DNA of 12,706 nucleotides from an uncultured bacterium (GTDB lineage Bacteria > Abyssobacteria > SURF-5): the NCBI GenBank assembly GCA_964510165.1, contig CAZEBC010000122.1, forward strand, positions 1 to 12,706, in the 5' to 3' direction. The position numbers were made by a program, and so were the translations under genes. Of the stretch, positions 1 through 6,142 are shown piece by piece. The notes beneath the pieces were generated by a model. That model made no database searches and was not told where the DNA came from. It saw only the letters and a program-made list of their open reading frames with translations. The stretch's first letter is position 1; each line of letters opens with the position of its first letter.

Positions 1-15
1 CCCGCCTCACGCCAC

Positions 16-44
16 TTGACAGATACTGTTTCTTGGGATAAAAT
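16..44 (+). promoter_or_regulatory. sigma70-type promoter P1
   Basis: TTGACA (16-21), 17-bp spacer, TAAAAT (39-44): perfect -35 and 5/6 -10 in an AT-rich intergenic region. Confidence 0.75.
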
Positions 45-63
45 ATTAACCTGCTGATTATAT

Positions 64-103
64 GCGGGACGCTCTCCTTTCCTGTGTGTTCCGCTATTTT
101 CTT
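64..103 (+). terminator. Intrinsic-terminator-like hairpin downstream of P1 (possible 3' end of a ~50-nt RNA)
   Basis: GCGGGACGC (64-72) pairs with GTGTTCCGC (86-94): 9 bp including two G-U pairs, a 13-nt pyrimidine-rich loop, then TATTTTCTT (95-103). The G-U pairs only form on the + strand. Confidence 0.45.
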
Positions 104-130
104 GACATCTGGCAAAGAGGTAAGTAAAAT
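102..130 (+). promoter_or_regulatory. sigma70-type promoter P2 for the ketosynthase/kinase operon
   Basis: TTGACA (102-107), 17-bp spacer, TAAAAT (125-130). Same hexamers as P1, 130 nt upstream of the GTG at 261. Confidence 0.8.
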
Positions 131-150
131 AGTTCCAAAAAGGCGAAGCA

Positions 151-197
151 ACACTACATATAGTACCTATTTGGTATAGACTTTCAATATACAGAAG
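151..197. promoter_or_regulatory. Tandem NrdR-box-like operators
   Basis: ACACTACATATAGTAC (151-166) matches the consensus acaCwAtATaTwGtgt at 13/16. TTTCAATATACAGAAG (182-197) matches the core CwATATATwG at 9/10. The boxes are offset by 31 bp and lie just downstream of P2. Confidence 0.55.
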
Positions 198-260
198 CTG
201 TCGGTCCGAACCCCGGCCATTACGCTGTACCGGGCATGCGGGGAGAAGGGGTGCGTACAC

Positions 261-1508
261 GTGGATAGGCGTTGCGTCGTCACAGGACTCGGTGTTGTTT
301 CGTCAGTCGGAATCGGCAAGGAAGCCTTCTGGGACTCGCTCACTCACGGCAGGTCCGGCATTGCCCGCATTACCTATTTCGATACCTCGAAACTGCCCGT
401 GCATCATGCGGGCGAGGTGAAAGGTTTCAATGCCGCGGACTATGTTGACGACCTCCGCTTGGAGATGACCGGCCGCTACGTCCATTTCGCCATCGCAGCC
501 ACCAAGATGGCGCTTCAAGACGCCGGCATCGAGCCGGACAAGTTTGAGAAGTCGCGCCTCGCTATGTTCGGCGGCACCACTGCCGCCTCTGTCGACGCAT
601 ACGAAAAACATCTCGGCGGCGCAATCAAAGACGATCCCTTCAATGCCCCGCCCTACGCATTCGCCTCAGTCACGGTGCACGCCGCTGTGGGTGAAGCGGC
701 ACAAACAACGAGCCTGTTCGATTCCTCAACCACGATTTCCACTCATTGCACCTCCGGCGTCAACGCAATCGGCGCCGGTCTCAAAGAGATCCGAAGCGGG
801 CGGAGAGACATTGTGGTCGCCGGCGCCACGGAAAGCACGCTTTCCTATTATGCCTTCATTGCCTATATATTGGCGGGGCTGCTAGTGCCGGATGATGGCA
901 TCGTTCCTGAAAAAATCATGCGGCCCTTTGACAAGAACCGACGGGGAGGAGTTGTCGCGGAGGGGGCGGCTTTCGTAGTGCTCGAGGAGTTGGAGCATGC
1001 CCTGGCACGAGGAGCGCGCATATACGGAGAGGTTGCGGGACACGGATATAAGGACAGGTTCCAAGGCCCAAAGGCGACCCAGCGCACGATGGCTGACGCG
1101 ATGCAGGCAGCCATGGCCGACGCGCGCATATCGCCGGCCCAAGTCGAGTATGTTCTGGCAAATGGAAGCTCTACTGTCGTTCAAGATAAGATGGAAACGA
1201 GGGCGCTCAAGGAAATATTCGGCGCACATGCATATCGCATCCCCATAAGCGCGATAAAATCGATGATCGGCATCCCCAATTCCGCCATAGGACCAATGCA
1301 ATTAATCGCCGCGCTTCTTTCCTTCCAAACCGATATCATCCCTCCCACCATTAATTACGAAACCCCCGACCCCGAGTGCGACCTTGATTACGTCCCGAAC
1401 AGCGCCCGCTTGAACCATGTGAACGTGGCGATCATCAATAACCATGGCATGGATGGCGCCTGTGCAGCATTGATTGCAAAACGATACCAGAGCAACACTC
1501 ACGGATAG
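261..1508 (+). CDS. Beta-ketoacyl-ACP synthase family protein (FabF/KAS II fold), catalytically degenerate: Cys retained, both His lost
   Basis: 415 aa, GTG start after a purine-rich RBS (GGGAGAAGGGG). Family motifs: RCVVTGLGVVS, THCTSG (Cys163), RPFDKNR..EGA..VLEELEHALARGARIYGEV, IKSMIG, IIPPTINYETPDPECDLDYVPN. The canonical NAHGTST reads LANGSST and KSMxGH reads KSMIGI, so fabF is not assigned. Confidence 0.92.
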   Translation: MDRRCVVTGLGVVSSVGIGKEAFWDSLTHGRSGIARITYFDTSKLPVHHAGEVKGFNAADYVDDLRLEMTGRYVHFAIAATKMALQDAGIEPDKFEKSRLAMFGGTTAASVDAYEKHLGGAIKDDPFNAPPYAFASVTVHAAVGEAAQTTSLFDSSTTISTHCTSGVNAIGAGLKEIRSGRRDIVVAGATESTLSYYAFIAYILAGLLVPDDGIVPEKIMRPFDKNRRGGVVAEGAAFVVLEELEHALARGARIYGEVAGHGYKDRFQGPKATQRTMADAMQAAMADARISPAQVEYVLANGSSTVVQDKMETRALKEIFGAHAYRIPISAIKSMIGIPNSAIGPMQLIAALLSFQTDIIPPTINYETPDPECDLDYVPNSARLNHVNVAIINNHGMDGACAALIAKRYQSNTHG

Positions 1509-1571
1509 ATAACAAACCCCGGTCTTGCGTGAGGAACCGGCAAGGACTGAGCCCCTGCCGCAGAGCGCCCA

Positions 1572-4121
1572 ATGGAATTAAGATCTCTGAGCATCCTCGT
1601 TAGCACGCTGCTAGCCTTCATCCTTGGGACATATGTCTTCGCCAAGAACCCCAAGAGGATCATCAATATTTCCTTCCTCGCCTTGCTCTACAGCAGCGGC
1701 GCATGGGCTCTTTCTCTGTTCGTGCTAAGCATTGGCACTCGGTACGAGGTGCTCAAATTCGCCGGCCATATGGCGTTCTCAACGGGATCGCTCATGGCAT
1801 GTCATTTCCTCCTCTTTGCCTATGTATTCCCCGAGAAAAGCGAAGAATTCCCGTCCCTGCGAACGTTGCTACTCATCTATGTGCCCACCGCACTTGTTGT
1901 GGCTGCGGGCTTCACCCCACTCGTGATGAAGGACATCACATATGTCAACTCCTCTGTGCGCCCCGTATATGGAAAGGGTATCTTTTTTGTATTGATTTAT
2001 GACACCGCTTATTCCACAGCCGGCCTTTACTTGCTCGCTCGAAAATACCTGAGCCGGCCGGGAGGCTTCGAACGGGCTCAGCTCAAATACATGCTGTGGG
2101 GAATGTTGCTCACCGTCGTCGGAATTGTTGCATTCGCGCTGCTCTTGCCGCTTGTCGGCAACGCCGAATACTCGAGTCCGTTCACCGCGGTCTTGATCAT
2201 GCTCGCCACGGGTGCCATCTCTTACGCCATCGTGCGGCATCGGCTCATGGACCTCGGGGTGGTGTTCAGAAACGCCTTGATCTATGTTATCATGGTCACC
2301 GCGCTCAGCGTGGCCGTCATCCTGCTTCTGCTGATGATTATGCCGGTCTTGCGTCTGGATTGGCGCGACGGCACGTTTCTCGCCGTTGCGCTCGCCGCTC
2401 TCCTTGTGTACCCCGTGCGCCACGGCGTCGAAGTAGTCGTGGACAGATACTTCTTCCGCGGCCGCTATAATTACCAGGCGGCGCTCACCGAGTTCAGTTC
2501 CTCCATGACCAGAATCCTCGACCTCGAGGACCTTCAGAACAGGATCGTCCATGAGGTTGCGTCCATCCTGCAGGTGAAAACTGCGGCCCTGCTGCTCTAC
2601 GAACCGAACGAACAAACATACACAGTCCGGGCTTCTCTGCCCGCAAGCCTCAAGGATTTGCACCACGGCATCCCCGCCTCCAGCCCCGTCTCCGAACGAA
2701 TCAACAAGGAGCGTTCTTTGCTGGTTAAGGAAGAGATCAAACGCATGCTGCCCCGCTCCGAATATGAGCCGCTCAGGCCCGATTTCGAGCGAATCGAGGC
2801 GGAAGTCTTCATCCCCCTCATCTATCGAGGTGAGCTTATCGGTCTGCTCACGCTCGGAGAGAAATGCTCCACCGACATCTATTCCAGCGAGGACCTCAAC
2901 CTGCTCGTGACCCTCGGCAATCAGGCCGCAGTGGCCCTCGAAAACGCGCTGCTGCACTATACGGTCACCATGCTGAAGAACCATAACGACAACATCCTGA
3001 AATACATGAGCAGCGGCGTCATCGCCATCGACCGCGAACAGGTCATAAATACGTGCAATGAGAAGGCGCGTGAGGTCCTCAAACTCGCCCCCGCTGGCGT
3101 GATAAACAAGAAGATCGACGTGCTGCCGCCGCTCCTGCGCTCAATGCTCGCCGACACCCTCAACGGAAGAACGCGCTTCTCCAACCAGGACGTCCAGATA
3201 CTCACCGGCGATGTCACCACTTCGTACCTGAGCGCAAGCACCTCCTTGATAAGAGATGAAAGGGGCGACGTCATCGGAGCCTTGCTCGTGTTCAACGACC
3301 TCACCGACATCAAACGCATCGAAAGCGAGATGTGGCGCGCCGACAAGCTCGCCTCGCTCGGAACCCTCGCCGCCGGCATGGCCCACGAAATAAAAAACCC
3401 ACTCGTTTCCATCAAGACCTTCGCCCAGCTTCTCCCAAGCAAGTACGAGGACAAAGACTTCCGCGACACATTTTCCTCCATCACCGTCGATGAGGTCGAA
3501 CGCATAAACACCATTGTCGAAAAACTCCTCGAGTTCGCGCGCCCCTCCGCCCCCACCTTCGGACAGGTCGACGTCATCGAGGTCATTGACGAGGTCTTGC
3601 TCCTCCTCAGTTCCGAAGTCGTCAAACTGGGAATCACCGTGACAAAGAACTACGAAGTGTCCTCCGCCCCGATTGTCGGAGACAAGGGGCAACTCAAACA
3701 GGCAATGCTCAATCTCTGCCTCAACGCCATGCAGGCCATTGACGGAACGGGAAGAGCCGGAGACCTCACGATCAGCGTCGGCTTCAGAAAGAGCAGATAC
3801 CGCCGTTTCGACGGAATCGGCCAGGACCAGGTCGCACAGATGTTTTACGGCGCCGAACTCGTCGCCTCCACCGACGACGCCGAGACCCTCCTCATCAAGG
3901 TCCGCGACACGGGCAAGGGAATCAGCCGCGAAAACCTCCCCAGAATCTTCGACCCCTTCTTCACCACAAAGGAAAAAGGCCTCGGCCTCGGCCTCGCCGT
4001 CGTTCATGGTATAATCAAGGACCATTCGGGCAATATCACCGTGGACAGCAAGAAAAACGTGGGTACCGAGTTCACCATCTCGCTGCCCGTCACCCAATTC
4101 TTCGCCAAGGAAAGGGTGTAG
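1572..4121 (+). CDS. Membrane sensor histidine kinase HK1: HisKA_7TM-type N-terminal region (~9 TM) - GAF - PAS - HisKA - HATPase_c
   Basis: 849 aa with about nine hydrophobic helices and a YAIVRHRLMD motif. GAF (IPLIYRGELIGLLTLG..NQAAVALENA), PAS (MSSGVIAID..CNEKA..LLVFNDLT), H-box MAHEIKNPL (His605), N-box NLCLNAMQA, DTGKGI, FDPFFTTK, GLGLGL. Confidence 0.95.
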   Translation: MELRSLSILVSTLLAFILGTYVFAKNPKRIINISFLALLYSSGAWALSLFVLSIGTRYEVLKFAGHMAFSTGSLMACHFLLFAYVFPEKSEEFPSLRTLLLIYVPTALVVAAGFTPLVMKDITYVNSSVRPVYGKGIFFVLIYDTAYSTAGLYLLARKYLSRPGGFERAQLKYMLWGMLLTVVGIVAFALLLPLVGNAEYSSPFTAVLIMLATGAISYAIVRHRLMDLGVVFRNALIYVIMVTALSVAVILLLLMIMPVLRLDWRDGTFLAVALAALLVYPVRHGVEVVVDRYFFRGRYNYQAALTEFSSSMTRILDLEDLQNRIVHEVASILQVKTAALLLYEPNEQTYTVRASLPASLKDLHHGIPASSPVSERINKERSLLVKEEIKRMLPRSEYEPLRPDFERIEAEVFIPLIYRGELIGLLTLGEKCSTDIYSSEDLNLLVTLGNQAAVALENALLHYTVTMLKNHNDNILKYMSSGVIAIDREQVINTCNEKAREVLKLAPAGVINKKIDVLPPLLRSMLADTLNGRTRFSNQDVQILTGDVTTSYLSASTSLIRDERGDVIGALLVFNDLTDIKRIESEMWRADKLASLGTLAAGMAHEIKNPLVSIKTFAQLLPSKYEDKDFRDTFSSITVDEVERINTIVEKLLEFARPSAPTFGQVDVIEVIDEVLLLLSSEVVKLGITVTKNYEVSSAPIVGDKGQLKQAMLNLCLNAMQAIDGTGRAGDLTISVGFRKSRYRRFDGIGQDQVAQMFYGAELVASTDDAETLLIKVRDTGKGISRENLPRIFDPFFTTKEKGLGLGLAVVHGIIKDHSGNITVDSKKNVGTEFTISLPVTQFFAKERV

Positions 4122-4122
4122 C

Positions 4123-6141
4123 ATGGAAATCATAGTCGTTGCGTCAAGTGAAAATAGCGTGCAAGATTCCTTCCGCGTCCTCTTCGGAGACGAACACATG
4201 CTCGTCCCCACACGCACGCTCCCCCAGTTGCTCAACGCCCTCGTCGAACATCCGGTTGACCTCGTCGTGCTGGACGAGTTCCTCGAGAACACCGACTGTC
4301 TCACCGTCTTTCAGAGAATCCGCTCGCTCGCCCCCGAGCTTACCTGCATCCTCCTCACCCTCCAGACCAATTCGGAGACGGCCCGCCAGATGCGGGCAAA
4401 GGGCGTCTACGACGTCGTCGCCAAACCATTCGACAAGGAGGCTCTCGCCTCCTCCGTGACGAGGGCGGTCGAGCGCGCGCAACTGCTCCAGAAACTCGCC
4501 GCAGCCAGACGCAGCCTCGACGGGAAAATCGCGCAGCCCGACTCCGCCCTCTTCGCAACCGACCCGGCCAAAACCCACCGACGCGAGATGCTCGACTCAC
4601 TCAGAAAATTTCTCAGGGCTGCATCCGATGCCTTCGCGCCGGAACGCCTCTACTCCCTCGTCCTGGATGCCGTCGTCGAAATGTTCGCCATCAACAAGGC
4701 GGCTCTGCTCCTCTTCAACGAAGAAGCCCAGCGCATGACGGTCAAGGCCGCCGTCGGGCTTGACTCCGCCAGCCTCACTCAGTTTCGCGTCGCGCCCTGC
4801 CTCGGCCTCGTCTCGTGGCTGAAACGACACGACCAGATACTGAACTGCGACGACCCTGACATTCGCATCAACTCCGAACAGATGATCCCGATAAAGAAGG
4901 AACTCGAACTGTTGCAGGCGAGAATCTGCGTCCCCCTCGCCGCAAGGGGGCGCCTGATCGGAATCCTCACCCTCGGGAAGAAGGTTACCGGCAAGCGCCT
5001 CTCCGAAGACGAACTCGAGTTCCTCTATCTGCTCTCACAGCAGATTGCCGCCATCATCGAGAATGCCCGACAACACCGCGCCGTCTTCGTCCAAAAACAG
5101 AATTTTGAGGAAATCCTGCGCGGCGTCACCTCCGGACTCATGGCAACCGACTCTGACGGACGATTGACCGTGTTCAACAAGGCCGCCGAACAAATACTCG
5201 GGCTGAAGGCCTCCGAAGTGATCGGACAGAACGTGCAGCGCACCGGTTCCATCTTCGCCGATATTGTATACCGCACCCTCCGCGAGGGCAGGTCCTTCTG
5301 CCGACACGAGGTCATGGATCCCGCAACCAAGTCCCTTCTCGGAATAAGCTCCTCGCACCTCACCGACAGCGGCGGCAACCCCATCGGCGCAGTCGTCCTC
5401 TTCACCGACCTCTCCACCGTCAAACGGGCCGGCGCCGGAGTCGCCGACGAAGAGGCCTGGCAGCGTTGCGCCCTGTGTATGGCGCAGGAAATTAAGACTC
5501 CGCTCGTCGCGATTCGCACTTTCACTCAACTTTTCCCCGAAAGCTATGCGGACGAGAAGTTCCGCAACGAGTTCTCGGCCATAGCCCTTAAGGAGATCGA
5601 CAAGCTCGATTCCGCCGTAGAAAGACTGCTCCGATTCTCCCACCCGCTCGAAGTAAAGCCGCAGCCCGGCGATATCAATACGCTGGTCGCGGAAATCATC
5701 GACTCCGTGGCCGAGGCCGCCGCTAAACAGGGCGTCAAGGTCAAGAAGGATTTCGGAGTATCCAACGGTGTCCTTTCGTTTGACAGAACCCTGCTGAGCG
5801 AAGCGCTCATCCAGATAATCAACAATGCCATCGAGGCAATGCCCCAGGGAGGCACTCTCTCCGTGTCCACGAGCCTGAGGAATAACACCCGGCCAAGCCA
5901 GAACGGCATGCCGCCCGGCGCCTCCGTAGAAATCATCGTCTCAGACACGGGACCGGGAATCACCCCCGAAGAAATGGCCAACCTCTTTAAGCCCTTCCAT
6001 ACCACCAAGGTCAAGGGAATGGGGCTCGGTCTCGCAACATCCAGACGCATCGTCAGAGGACACAACGGCGAGGTCATGATCTCCAGCGACCCCGGCAAGG
6101 GAACTGTTGTAAGGGTTGTACTACCGCAAGGAACATCGTAA
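4123..6141 (+). CDS. Cytoplasmic histidine-kinase-like protein HK2: atypical REC - GAF - PAS - HisKA(H->Q) - HATPase_c, probable pseudokinase
   Basis: 672 aa; the ATG is 1 nt after the HK1 stop. REC (DLVVLD, LLT, AKPF), GAF (VPLAARGRLIGILTLG), PAS (TSGLMATD..FNKAAEQILG). H-box reads MAQEIKTPL. N (INNAIEA), G1 (DTGPGI), F (FKPFHTTK) and G2 (GMGLGL) boxes are intact. Confidence 0.93.
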   Translation: MEIIVVASSENSVQDSFRVLFGDEHMLVPTRTLPQLLNALVEHPVDLVVLDEFLENTDCLTVFQRIRSLAPELTCILLTLQTNSETARQMRAKGVYDVVAKPFDKEALASSVTRAVERAQLLQKLAAARRSLDGKIAQPDSALFATDPAKTHRREMLDSLRKFLRAASDAFAPERLYSLVLDAVVEMFAINKAALLLFNEEAQRMTVKAAVGLDSASLTQFRVAPCLGLVSWLKRHDQILNCDDPDIRINSEQMIPIKKELELLQARICVPLAARGRLIGILTLGKKVTGKRLSEDELEFLYLLSQQIAAIIENARQHRAVFVQKQNFEEILRGVTSGLMATDSDGRLTVFNKAAEQILGLKASEVIGQNVQRTGSIFADIVYRTLREGRSFCRHEVMDPATKSLLGISSSHLTDSGGNPIGAVVLFTDLSTVKRAGAGVADEEAWQRCALCMAQEIKTPLVAIRTFTQLFPESYADEKFRNEFSAIALKEIDKLDSAVERLLRFSHPLEVKPQPGDINTLVAEIIDSVAEAAAKQGVKVKKDFGVSNGVLSFDRTLLSEALIQIINNAIEAMPQGGTLSVSTSLRNNTRPSQNGMPPGASVEIIVSDTGPGITPEEMANLFKPFHTTKVKGMGLGLATSRRIVRGHNGEVMISSDPGKGTVVRVVLPQGTS

Positions 6142-6142
6142 C

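Noticed and set aside
57-85. Minus-strand TATAAT (57-62) and SD-like AGGAAAGGAG
   Set aside because: No matching -35 or extended -10, and no start codon at SD distance. A divergent promoter cannot be supported without the sequence left of the window.
62-127. 21-codon ORF MRDALLSCVFRYFLDIWQRGK downstream of P1; CVFRY superficially recalls an AgrD-type thiolactone ring
   Set aside because: No SD, its sequence is explained by the hairpin and P2 hexamers (the stop is the -10 box), there is no AgrD-like leader or acidic tail, and no AgrB is in the window. Ribosome profiling would be needed to revive it.
261-1508. Calling the gene fabF, or a type II PKS chain-length factor
   Set aside because: Both catalytic His are missing, so it is not a functional FabF. 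The Cys is retained and there is no adjacent KS-alpha or ACP, so it is not a typical CLF.
1519-1560. Two overlapping short hairpins (CCGGT/ACCGG and CGGCA/TGCCG) between the ketosynthase and HK1
   Set aside because: Only 5-bp core stems in GC-rich DNA and no U-tract; insufficient for a terminator or riboswitch call.
1572-4121. Assignment of HK1 as PEP-CTERM kinase PrsK
   Set aside because: The TM-GAF-kinase layout is similar, but HK1 has an extra PAS domain, and no PrsR sigma54 regulator, PrsT or exosortase is nearby.
1869-4304. Long antisense ORFs 1869..2984 (371 aa) and 3141..4304 (387 aa), plus other overlapping ORFs in the track
   Set aside because: They are shadows of well-supported genes caused by GC-rich codon bias and have no recognisable motifs.
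6116-6142. ORF-track start of HK3 at 6116
   Set aside because: It overlaps HK2. The ATG at 6143 begins the receiver fold exactly, has an SD-like AAGGA and mirrors the 1-nt HK1/HK2 spacing.
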